From: Octopus bimaculoides
Taxonomy: Eukaryota
DNA length: 64,000 nucleotides
Assembly (NCBI RefSeq): GCF_001194135.2
Contig: NC_068994.1
Span: 6,629,731-6,693,730, forward strand
Direction of reading: 5' to 3'
Made by a program: the position numbers and the translations under genes
The notes under the pieces: model-generated
Told to the model about the DNA's origin: nothing
The model's database searches: none
The model's input: only the letters and a program-made list of their open reading frames with translations
Shown here: in pieces, positions 13,250-24,364 of the stretch
Numbering within the stretch: the first letter of the stretch is position 1
How the letters are laid out: the number at the start of each line of letters is the position of its first letter

Positions 13250-14020
13250 AAAAGCATCGTTCCTGTCATGACCATCCCATCTTTTTAGTTTACGAGCGAC
13301 ATCTAAGCTATCGTTATGCAATATGTCCTTTTGCTATTTATTTCAGACATAGGATGTGATGTGAGGGAGGGATTTGGTTGCTATGTGTTGCAGGTCGGTT
13401 AACCGTGTAGAGGTTCCTTCATTGCCTTATGTGTGTGTGTGTGTGTGTGTGTATCCTGACCATCTCGTCATGTTCCAAACGACATCCAGGATACCACAAT
13501 CCAATATGTCCTACCTACTTTATTATTTTTTTTTAAACCTAGGATGCGATATGAAGAACAGTTGGTTGCTATTTCTAGCAGTTCATGAAGGCTTCCTCAT
13601 TGCCTTGTGTGTGTGTCCGTGTGTCGTGACCATCTCGTCTTTATTATTTTCCAAACGACATGCAAAAAAATATCACAATCCAATGTGTACTTCCTTCTCT
13701 ATTTTTTTTTTAGTTCGTAGGGGAGATTTAGTTGCTGTTTTTAGCAGGTCAAGCAACCACAGAGAAGCGTCCTCATTGCCTTGTGTGTGTGTGTGTGTTT
13801 GTCTGTGTGTCCTGACCATCTCGTCTTCATTATTTTTCCTAACGACATGCAAGGTATCACAACCGAATATGTCCTTTCTCTCTCTCTCTCTCTTTTTTTT
13901 TTTTTAGACAGTACGATGCGATATGAGCGAGATTTAGATTTTTTTGCTATTTCTAACAGGTCGATTAACTACGTAGAGGCTCCTTCATTCGGCTATGTGT
14001 GTAGTGTGTGTGTGTGTGCT
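13250..14020 (+). repeat. About four diverged tandem units (~185 bp) of a dispersed repeat
   Basis: Recurring tgaccatc(t)cgtc..acgacat..caat(a/g)tgt..ttgctatttctagcag..cctcattgcc(tg)n. Single copies near 8880, 9860 and 50010. Confidence 0.75.
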
Positions 14021-14872
14021 GGGCTAAATGGGCTGTATTACTGTTGCTATTATGTACTACGTGTATTGGTGAAGAGAGCCATCAGGGGAGCTGTGGTCGC
14101 TTGATCTGCAAGAATTCGTAATCGAGCTCTCTTTGGAAATCATCTCATAACGTCTTCAGATAAGCAAAACACATTAGACTGCGTGACATAACTGCCGCTT
14201 ATAGTACCTCCCCTCCGTCCGACGTATTTGCCTCATATACTATACGATGCCAGTATGGAATAATATGGCCAAGTGATATATATATATATATATTGTGTGT
14301 GTGTGTATATATTTTTCTGTTATTTATTTTCAGCAAAGGTGCTATAGTTACTAGGTAGCGATGGTGAAATGTTATACTTAGGATAAATTTCAAATAGCTT
14401 GGAACACACAGATACACCTGCGCACGCACATACACACAGACACACACACACACACTATATATATTATATATATAAATACACATACGTACATAAACACAAA
14501 TACGTATGTATGTGAGTATCTATATGTGTGTTTGTGTGTATATTTGTGTATATATATATATATAGACTGGCTCTTGTGCGGGTGGCACGTAAAATACACC
14601 ATTTTGAGCGTGGTCGTTGCCAGTACCGCCTGACTGGCCTTCATGCCGGTGGCACAAAAAGCACCCACTACACTCTCAGAGTGGTTGGCGTTAGGAAGGG
14701 CATCCAGCTGTAGAAACTTTGCCAAATCAGATTGGAGCCTGATGTAGCCATCTGGTTTCACCAGTCCTCAGTCAAATCGTCCAACCCATGCTAGCATGGA
14801 AAGCAGACGTTAAGCGATGATGATGATGATGATATATANNNNNNNNNNNNNNNNNNNNNNNNNNNNNNNNNN

Positions 14873-14910
<38 letters not shown>

Positions 14911-15330
14911 ATTTTTCACATACACACCCACCCACATCTTTACATACCTTCCTTGGACACAGGTGGGGGTTGGTGACAGGAATGGCATCCGTCTGTAGAT
15001 GTGCTTCAACAAATACAGACCTACACACACACACAGGTGTATGAATGTTATGTATCCATCCACCTTCTCCACCTACTATTCCTGGAAGAGTTGTTGGGAC
15101 AGGGACCTCAGGCACCTCCTCCATAGGATCCAATCAGAAGCAACTCTCATTAAATTTTTCCAACTGGATTCCTGAGTGCAACCAATTTAAGACTACAGAT
15201 ATTATCCACCTATCTCATTCTTGGTCTACCCCTAGGGATACATTGGATTTTCCCTGAAACAGCTGTAAGACTTTATACATAAAATATAATTCTAACTTTG
15301 CCATTGGTCTCTTCATCTTTTTCTTTCTCT

Positions 15331-15408
<78 letters not shown>

Positions 15409-15437
15409 GTATATATATATATGTATATATATATATG

Positions 15438-15468
<31 letters not shown>

Positions 15469-15505
15469 GTATATATACATATATATATACATGTATGTAT
15501 ACACA
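15331..15505. repeat. (TA)n microsatellite (many others across the window)
   Basis: Directly visible. Confidence 0.9.
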
Positions 15506-16237
15506 TACATAACATAATATATCAGTTTGGATTGTAATGACCATGGTTATCAATTGTGTTGCCTCTACCAGTGATTCATGTCACCTGATGAAACGGCTGG
15601 TGATTTAGCATATAAAGTAACAAAAATTATGTAATATCATATATATTATGTAATGTCATGCGCAGACAAAGTAACATGCTATTGAAACATATGTTGCATG
15701 ACTATCTTTTTATTTTCATTTATTGTGTACACACACACACACACATACCATCATTATCATCATCATCATCATCACCACCTCCATTGTTTTAAATGTCCAC
15801 TTTTCCATGCTTGAATGTGTCAGGTCAAGTTTATTGAGGCAGATTTTTGTATAACCAGATGCCCTTGCTGTTGCTAACTGTCACCTGTTTCCAAGCAAGG
15901 TAGTGTTTCCCCATGACCAGACATGTTTTTGTATAAGAAACTCCCATATTTTTCTAACCTAATTTTTGATAAAAAAGGGGTTTCTTATACACGTTAAAAT
16001 ATGGTAATTGACCCAAAATTTGTGGCCTTCTCTCTAAATTACAAATATTTCTTTTCTGTTTTCACTATCATTCACAGACATCTTTATAAAATCATAAAAC
16101 AACAAAAACAAAACAGTACAGCACCTATGACGAATAAATTACCTGCATCAGTTGTCAATTGCCAGGACACTGCACCCTTCAAAAATTCCTTCTCCTGTTA
16201 TGTCAAATACACCTTTTCTTCTTTATACGTCTTTTAA

Positions 16238-16626
16238 TACTCTTTTACTTGTTTCAGTCAGTTGACTGCGGCCATGCTGGAGCACCGCCTTTAGTCGAGC
16301 AAATCGACCCCAGGACTTATTCTTTGGAAGCCTAGTACTTATTCTATCAGTCTCTTTTGGCGAACCGCTAAGTTACGGGTACGTAAACACACCACCATCG
16401 ATCGGTTGTCAAGCAATGGAGGGGGGGACAAACATATATACACACACACACACATACATATATATATACATATATACGACGGGCTTCTTTCAGTTTCCGT
16501 CTACCAAATCCACTCACAAGGCTTTGGTCGGCCCAAGGCTATAGTAGAAAACACTTGCCCAAGGTGCCACGCAGTGGGACTGAACCCGGAACCATGTGGT
16601 TGGTAAGCAAGCTACTTACCACACAG
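16238..16626 (-). mobile_element. Family B tRNA-derived SINE with CORE-like segment
   Basis: Head gtgtggtaagtagcttgc..ggttcagtcccactgcgtggcaccttgggcaagtg, (CA/TA)n linker. Near-identical copy at 54211-54588 (-); partial copies at 19736, 21637, 40455, 45250, 60455. Confidence 0.85.
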
Positions 16627-16792
16627 TTCACTTTTCTGTCTTTTCTGTTTTATTCTGTGTACACTGCATGTATTTCTCGCCTTATTGCTGCTGCTTTCTG
16701 TTCCATCTTATAACCTTTTCTATTGAGCTTGTTGTGTAGCTGAGCACTGTGTACAATAAGCTCATTAATTATTATTATTTTTATAATTATTA

Positions 16793-17579
16793 AAAGAGCT
16801 GTGAGCTGCCAGAATTGCAAAAGTATTTGATGAAAAGTTTAGTGGCATTTGTTCCTGTTCTGAGTTCAAATTTCACTGAGGTCAGCTCTGCCTTTCATCC
16901 TTTCAGGGTCAATAAGATAAAGTACCAGTCATATACTGGGGTCGGTGTAAGTAACTTACTCCATCCTGCTGGCAGACAAAAAAGCATTTTGTCTGTCTTT
17001 ACATTCTGAGTTCAAATTTCGCTGAAGTCGACTTTGCCTTTTATCCTTTCAGGATCAATAAAATAGGTACCAGTTGAGCACTGAGGTCAATGTAATCAAT
17101 TTAACCCCTCTGCCGAAATTGCTGGCCTTGTGCCAAAATTTGAAACCATTATTATTACTAAGGCGGCGAGCTGGCAGAATCGTTAGCACACCGGGCGAAA
17201 TGCTTAGCGGTATTTCGTCCATCTTCACATTCTGAGTTCAAATTACACCAAGGTCAACTTTGCCTTTCATCCTTTTGGGGTCAATAAATTAAGTACCAGT
17301 TGTGTACTGGAGTAGATGTAATCGACTATCCCTCTCCCCCAAATTTCAGGCCTTCTGCCTAGAGTAGAAAGGATTATTATTATTAAGGTGGCAAGCTGGA
17401 CAAAATGTTTAGCAGCATTTCATCCATCTCTACATTCTGAGTTCAAATTCCACTGAGGTCAACTTTGTCTTTCATCCTTTTGGAATCAAAAAAAATAAGT
17501 ACCAGTTGAATATTGGGGCCAATGTAATTTAACTTACCCACTCCCTTGAAATTGCTGGCCTTGTGCCTGAATTTGAAAC

Positions 17580-17580
<1 letters not shown>
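16793..17580 (+). mobile_element. Four tandem copies of family C tRNA-derived SINE
   Basis: Repeated ggcg(a)gctggcagaa..ctgagttcaaatt..gactttgcctttcatcctt..aagtaccagt, most ending in (att)n. Other copies near 8560, 22752, 23328-23730, 29476, 55050-55730 (-), 57889, 59227. Confidence 0.85.
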
Positions 17581-17615
<35 letters not shown>

Positions 17616-17968
17616 ACATTTGATAGTTTCAGGCAGATTTCTACTGCATTACCTGCTACACCTCCGCGTTGCTGCGGTATGTGCAGTATTGTGTGTTCTT
17701 TTTGTTGTTTGGGGGAGTGCAAACTCTTCTAGGTATTATTATTATTATTATTATTATTAAATGTATTTATTTTTCTCTTTGCAGGTTTTTGTTTTTACTT
17801 TTAGATCCAGAGTATGTCTGAAAATGGGTCCAAATTCTTCAAAATGTAGTTAAAGAACTTTTACATCAATTCTTCATTCTACGACCATATTATTAATCCT
17901 CTGTAGTTTCTAGTGTGATGTGTAATGGAAGATTTATCTGCAGTGACTAGTTGGAGAACAATTTTAAA

Positions 17969-19720
17969 ATGCATTCCGAGAAGAAGCAATTTCCCTGTCA
18001 GTTTTGTAGCAAATTTTTCTCGAAGGAGTCCGATCTACGAAGACATGTCCGGACGCACACCGGAGAAAAGCCATTCTTTTGTGCAGAGTGCGGAAAGAGT
18101 TTTACCCGGAACTCTAGCCTCAAACGACATATAAAGTCGCACGAGGAAATCAACATGTTAATTGCCAACAATTACATTGAGAGATACACCGAGGATTCGG
18201 TTTCTGCTAAGGACATGGAAAAACCCCCAGATTTTTCCGACCATTACCTGCGTGTTGAGAACTCCTTCACAGGTGAACGAGTGTATACGGTGGATATTAG
18301 GGACATAGATTTGGACGATGAATTAGAATTAAAAGAACAAGAAGAGAAAGAACGGCTAGCAGAGGAAGAGGAGGACGAGGAGGAGGAAGAGGAAGAGGAG
18401 GTAGCCGAGGACAGTGATAAGGATGTGATTATTATTGAAGATCAACCGGCAGAGGAACCATCTGCTTATATGCAAGTTTGGTACGATGACGGACGAATAG
18501 ATTCTCCTGAAATTCTTGCTGATAAACAATCACAGAACTCAGATGCAGGTAAGCTGCACCAGTGCGTGGTTTGCTGGGAGTGTTTCCTCGATAAATCAGA
18601 CTTGAAAAGACATTCAAGAATGCATGTTGGCATAACTCAATTCCCGTGCATATTCTGTGGTAGAGAATTCTCCAAAGGTTCCGACTTGCGTAGGCACATC
18701 CGCACACACACCGGAGAGAAGCCGTTTCATTGCAACATGTGCAGCATGAGTTTTGCCAGGAACTGCAGCCTAAAGCGACATGTTAAAACGCATGCTGAAA
18801 ATGCAACACAAATTTTAATCAGTGAGAAGCAGAGTTTTTCTGGTGAATTTTACCATAAAAAACCTGCAAAACCACCGAATAATGGAAACTCATATCCGTG
18901 TGCGATCTGTGGCCGAGCTTTTTCAAAGTGTTCAAATTTACAAAGACATGTGCGGACACACACAGGGGAGAAGCCATTTACCTGTAGTTTGTGTGGTTCC
19001 AGTTTTACCAGAAATTGGCACTTGAAGCGCCACGCCAAAATTCACGTTGCTGACAAAGTGATAAACTTGGAGGATAAAGTGATAGATTTAGATGAAATTG
19101 CAGACACAATATCAGATAATGTAGTTTACCAAGATGACAGTCCGGCGATAACTGAAGTGGTCCTTTACCACTGTGATATATGCAAAAAAGATTTCTCGAT
19201 ACGTTCTGACTTGAAAAGACACCTTAGAATACACACAGGAGAGAAACCTTTCCAATGTGACATATGTGGTCGAAGCTTTGCACGTAAATACGGTTTGAAA
19301 CGGCATAGCAAAATACATAAAGAAACACAGTTTTGCAGGTGTGACCTTTGCGATATGTACTTTGGAGATAACGACAGCTTAAAATGTCACCTGAAGTGTC
19401 ATACAGCTGTCACCGAAAAGGAGAAGGAAGAAAATATTCTGAAAAATGTGATGAAAGTGTTTACGAAGGGGAAGTCATTTTATTGTCAGTTGTGTAACAA
19501 GACATTTTCAAAAAACTCCGACTTGAAGCGGCACGTGAGGACCCACACTGGAGAAAAACCGTTTGTTTGTACGATTTGTACGCGTGGTTTCGCAAGGAAC
19601 TGCAGCTTAAAAAGACATTTGAAAACTCATCGGGATAGTAATCTCATCAACTGGACCGTATTGTCACAGGACACACTGTTAACTTTGAAACAAGGTAGGC
19701 TTTTTTTAGCATTTTCTTAA
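17969..19720 (+). CDS. C2H2 zinc-finger protein, 12 fingers, with poly-Glu/Asp acidic tract
   Basis: The track starts at TTG 17951, but the first ATG after the in-frame TAG (17948-17950) is 17969 (MHSEKKQFPC). 12 CxxC...HxxxH units, acidic [13 protein letters not shown] segment, TAA 19718-19720. A possible donor (AAG|GTAGG, 19694/5) could change the last residues. Confidence 0.93.
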   Translation: MHSEKKQFPCQFCSKFFSKESDLRRHVRTHTGEKPFFCAECGKSFTRNSSLKRHIKSHEEINMLIANNYIERYTEDSVSAKDMEKPPDFSDHYLRVENSFTGERVYTVDIRDIDLDDELELKEQEEKERLAEEEEDEEEEEEEEVAEDSDKDVIIIEDQPAEEPSAYMQVWYDDGRIDSPEILADKQSQNSDAGKLHQCVVCWECFLDKSDLKRHSRMHVGITQFPCIFCGREFSKGSDLRRHIRTHTGEKPFHCNMCSMSFARNCSLKRHVKTHAENATQILISEKQSFSGEFYHKKPAKPPNNGNSYPCAICGRAFSKCSNLQRHVRTHTGEKPFTCSLCGSSFTRNWHLKRHAKIHVADKVINLEDKVIDLDEIADTISDNVVYQDDSPAITEVVLYHCDICKKDFSIRSDLKRHLRIHTGEKPFQCDICGRSFARKYGLKRHSKIHKETQFCRCDLCDMYFGDNDSLKCHLKCHTAVTEKEKEENILKNVMKVFTKGKSFYCQLCNKTFSKNSDLKRHVRTHTGEKPFVCTICTRGFARNCSLKRHLKTHRDSNLINWTVLSQDTLLTLKQGRLFLAFS

Positions 19721-21054
19721 ATCTATCTTCCCACTTGTTTCAGTCATTAGACTGTGGCCATGCTGGGGCACTACCTTGAAGAATTATTAGTTGAATGAAT
19801 GAATTAACCTCAGTACTTTGTAACATAAAAGTGTTAGATATATACGTTGTAGAGAGGCAGAGAGGAGAGCTGTAGTGTATGGTATAGTACAGTGTAGTAT
19901 ACCACTGAATGGTACATTGTAGTGTGGTGTATGGTATAGTATCTTTTATTTTTTTACTTGTTCTTGTCATTAGATGGCAGCCATGTTGGGGCACCACCTT
20001 GAACAACTTTAGGTGAATGAATCACCCTCAGTTCACAGTTTTTCAAGCCTAGCACTTATTCTATTAAACTCTTTTGCCGAACTGCTAAGTTACAGGTATG
20101 CAAACATTCCCACACTAGTTGTGAAGTGTTGGTGGGAGACCAACACAGACACATACATAAATACACACACACACAGTGGGTTTCTTTCAGTTTCTGTCTA
20201 TCAAATTTACTTATAAGGCTTTGGTTGGCCTAAGGCTATAGTAGAAGACAATTGCTCGTGGTGCCATGCAGTGGGACTGAACACAGCACACAACCCGATC
20301 TGGGAATTGAACTCACTACCTTATGGTTGTGAAACCGATGCTCTAACCACTGAGCCATGCACCTTCTAATTCAAAATAATGTCAACAAATAAGTATTACA
20401 TTTGACAAAGTAACCTAAATGCCAAGGGGTTAAAGCAGTTCTTAAATATGAGGAGCATCTTCAGATACAATGTACTTTTCTTTTTCTCAAAAAATATCTG
20501 AAAATAAAAAAAGAAAAATATCACCTAGGGTTCTCTATGTAAAGTTGGGCCCTTATTATATGGTTTAATGCACTAAAAAAGCTTTTCTTGAATATGCTCT
20601 GTTGAAATTAGGATATGCCTAACGTGTCTGTGCGTCTTTTATACCATCAATTACAGTATTTTAGAAGAGCGATAATGGCTAGATCAACTCTGACCAGACT
20701 TCGACTTAGAATATAAATATGTCATCATCATCGTTTAACGTCCGCTTTCCCATGCTAGCATGGGTTGGACGATTTGACTGAGGACTGACGAACTAGATGG
20801 CTACACCAGGCTCCAATCTGATCTGGCAGTTTCTACAGCTGGATGCCCTTCCTAACGCCAACCACTCCGAGAATATAGTGGGTGCTTTTACGTACCACCA
20901 GCAGTCATGTAAATAAAGAAAAAAGAAATGACATGTATTTCACCCTTTCGATACCAATCCAACCATGACCACCATTGCTTCTATGATACACATTTCCTGT
21001 TTTAAAGAAACATAAATTAAAAATTTCATTAAAATTCATGTTCCAGACACCATC

Positions 21055-21490
21055 TTCATCATCATCATCATCATCGTTTAACGTCCGCTTTCCATGCTAG
21101 CATGGGTTGGACGATTTGACTGAGGACTGGTGAAACCGGATGGCAACACCAGGCTCCAGTCTGATTTGGCAGAGTTTCTACAGCTGGATGCCTTTCCTAA
21201 CGCCAACCACTCAGAGAGTGTAGTGGGTGCTTTTACGTGTCACCCGCACGAAAACGGCCACGCTCGAAATGGTGTCTTTTATGTGCCACCCGCAACGATC
21301 TCGCTCGAAAATCCTACAGGAGCCAGTCAGGCGGTACTGGCAACGGCCACGCTCAAAATGGTGCATCTCATGTGCCACCCGCACAAGAACCAGTCCAGGG
21401 GCACTGGCAACGATCTTACTTGGCTTGCCGGGTCTTCTCACGCACAGCACATTTCCAAAGGTCTCGGTCCGTAGTCATCGCCTCGGTGAG
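21055..21490 (-). mobile_element. Family A repeat (RTE-type 3' tail ending in (GAT)n), well-preserved copy
   Basis: catcatcgtttaacgtccgctttccatgctagcatgggttggacg...ctacagctggatgcc. Similar copies near 2779, 4062, 14570 (+), 20724, 25810, 33154, 38895, 43585 (+), 56583. Confidence 0.85.
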
Positions 21491-21603
21491 AATAATGTCA
21501 AAGTTATTTTACTAAAATCTATATTATTTTCAAAATTACTTGTTACGGGCCGACCAAAGCCTTGTGAGTGGATTTGATAGACGGAAACTGAAAGAAGCCC
21601 GTC

Positions 21604-21640
<37 letters not shown>

Positions 21641-22539
21641 GGAGTTGCTGTGTGGTAGGTAACTTACTTACCAACTACATGGTTCTGGGTTCAGTCCCAC
21701 TGCATGGCACCTTGGGCAAGTGACGTCTACTATAACCTCGGGCTGACCAAAACCTTGTGAGTGGATTTGTTAGATGGAAACTGAAAGAAACCCATCATAT
21801 ATGTGTGTGTTTGAACAGAAGTATACTAACAAGAGGGTTGAACACCTCAACATAATATACTAACCCGGCAGAGCACTCTGAAAGTCTTTTACATTGCTTT
21901 TTTAAGAGAATTACACATTTGGTGACATAAATGTGCCCTTCCCCATCCCCCAATAATGTCTCAGAGTATTACCCTGGGTCCTATATGTGAAGTTGGGCCT
22001 CCCTTAAGCTAATTTTGTCCCTGATGCTCCCCACTATAGGCTGATTTTAATCTAGACAGTCTCTTCACCCGAGCTGATTAAAGTTTTTGCTGTGATTTAT
22101 GTTTAATTGTGGTGGGAGCTTGCTTTTTATGAAATGGGTTTCTGCTTTTTTTCCTTCTTGCATGTTTTATTACTTCAACCCTTTCGTTACCATATTTATT
22201 TTGAGATGCTCTGTGTTTCTTTCAATTAACTTTAAATATAACAAAGAATTTAGTAAAATAACTTAGTTATCATTAAACTAGTTTTAGGAACATAAATTGT
22301 GACTTTGGTGGAAGATTATAATTCAAAACTTATGAAAACAAGACATTTATACTAGAGCCAGAACCAGTTTCAGCTGGGTTGGTATCAAAAGGGTTAAACA
22401 TGTAGGATTTTTTCACGATTATGATTTCTTACTTCATGTTCAATTGTAATTGCCAACTTGCTTTTTATATACAATAATGTTTTCTGCTAATTAAGAGCAC
22501 TTTTGCAATGTTTTCTAATGTATTGTTTCATTGCTTTAA

Positions 22540-22747
22540 CCCTTTAGCATTCAGATTTTTTTGTCAAATGTATTACTTATTTATTCATATTGCTTTGAAT
22601 TAATCATGCATTATTTTATAACTTCAAAATTGCAATGGCATGTTTGTGTATTTTTAGGATGGCATTGTAGGGTAGGTGTAAGAGGTTGGATCTGGTCAGT
22701 TTTAACTTAAAAGTCGGTTGGATATAGCCGGATTAAATGCTAAAGCG
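22540..22747. mobile_element. piggyBac-type MITE
   Basis: TTAA|CCCTTTAGCA...TGCTAAAGCG|TTAA. Related copies at 37127, 43772-43954, 48010, 58675; a second subfamily at 22179-22393. Confidence 0.75.
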
Positions 22748-24238
22748 TTAATAAGGTGGCGAACTGGCAGAATTTAATATGCTTAGTGGTATTTCGTCTG
22801 TCTTGATGGTCCGAGTTCAAATTCTGCTGTGTTTGACTTTGCCTTTCACCCTTTTGGGGGTCAGTAAAAAGTACCAGTTGATCATTGGGCTTGATGTAAT
22901 CGACTTACTGCAGCCACAAAATTTGCCAAAATTGGAAAGCAATATTACACACCTTGATGCACTAAAAACATTTTATTTCCAGAATATGCAGTTGAAATTG
23001 GTATTTAATACGTTCACGTGTCTTTTATGCCATCATCATCATCATTGTTTAATGTTTCTTATTCTATGCTTGCATGAATTGGACAGAGTTGATTGAAGTA
23101 GATTTTCACAGCTACTATTTCTATCGGATAATAACCACGTAGGGGGCCTCTCGTTTTAGCTTGTATATTACATAGTGTTAAGGACAGTGGATAGTAGGCT
23201 CCCTAGAAGGTTAGATGAGGTGGTTTCTGGTATTCTGGATCTTTCCATTCTGAGTTCAAACCTTATTGAGACCTACTGTGGGTGTCATGCTTTGGTGTTC
23301 AATAAAATAAAGGGACAAAGCAGCAGTGAGCTGGCAGAGTCGTTAGCATCCCGGCTGAAATGCTTAGCGGTATTTCATCTGTCTTTACATCCTGAGTTCA
23401 AATTCCGCTGAGGTCGAGTTTGCCTTTCATCCTTTTGGGGGTCAGTAAATTAAGTACCAGTTTCATCCTGGGGTCAATCTAATTGATTGGCCCTCTCCCC
23501 CAAAATCTCGGGCCTTGAGCCTAGAGTAGAAAAGAATTATTAGCATTGCCGGCCGAAATGCCCAGTGGCGTTTCATTTGTCTTTACGTTCTGAGTTCAAA
23601 TTCTGTCAAAGTCAACTTTGGTTTCCGTCCTTTCGGGGTCAATAAAATAAGTACCAGTTGGACAGTGGGTGGGGGTGGGGATGTAAACTTCCTCCCCCAA
23701 ATTTGCTGGCCTTGTGCCAATAAAATAAAAGGATCAATCACCAATCAAGTACTATGATTGATTCAGTAGTTCCCAAATGTTTTCGGGCTGCCGTCCCCTT
23801 GACAATCGAGCCATATTCCTAGCGCCCCACTGATTTAATTGATCAACCCCTTTTCCCAAAATCCTTGCATTGTTGAATTTATGTTTCTAATGCTTTGGGT
23901 TCAAATCTTGCCAAGGTTTCGTCCTTTAGTGCTTGATAAAACAAAATGTCCATCAGGTGTGTCTCCCGGGTTTTTTCAAGCAATGTTGGTATGGCTGAGA
24001 ATCCCAAAGGAATTTTCTTGGTGCTGCTTCCACTTCAAAGAGTTGATGAGGATGTAAACCTCAACAACCACACTAAGTGTAGCTGGACTGTGGCCATGCT
24101 GGAGTACCACCTTGCAAGTGTTTCATCAAACAAGTTGATCTCAGTACTTGTGCTTGAGAAGACCTATCAAGCCAAGTGAGATCAGTTGTGGCCAATGCTG
24201 GCGTTTCGTAACTGGCATATAAAAAGCATCTGCTACAC

Positions 24239-24364
24239 CTGCGGTTCCCAACCCTTTTATCTAAATGAGTTTTCCTACAGATCCCTCTTAATATGCTTAT
24301 CCGTATATATATGAAATTTTGGATTTAGCTCATGGACCTCCAGTACTACCTTTGGGAACCACTG
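24239..24364. mobile_element. hAT-type MITE inserted in a family A repeat
   Basis: TIRs ctgcggttcccaa / ttgggaaccactg; 8-bp TSD tgctacac/cgctacac. Confidence 0.75.

Noticed and set aside
15580-15610. CTGATGA motifs at 15587, 26952 and 28790 as hammerheads
   Set aside because: No closing helix II plus GAAA/UH arrangement.
17647-17687. Small hairpin (ACTGCA-TTACC...GGTA-TG-TGCAGT)
   Set aside because: Too short and imperfect to distinguish from chance.
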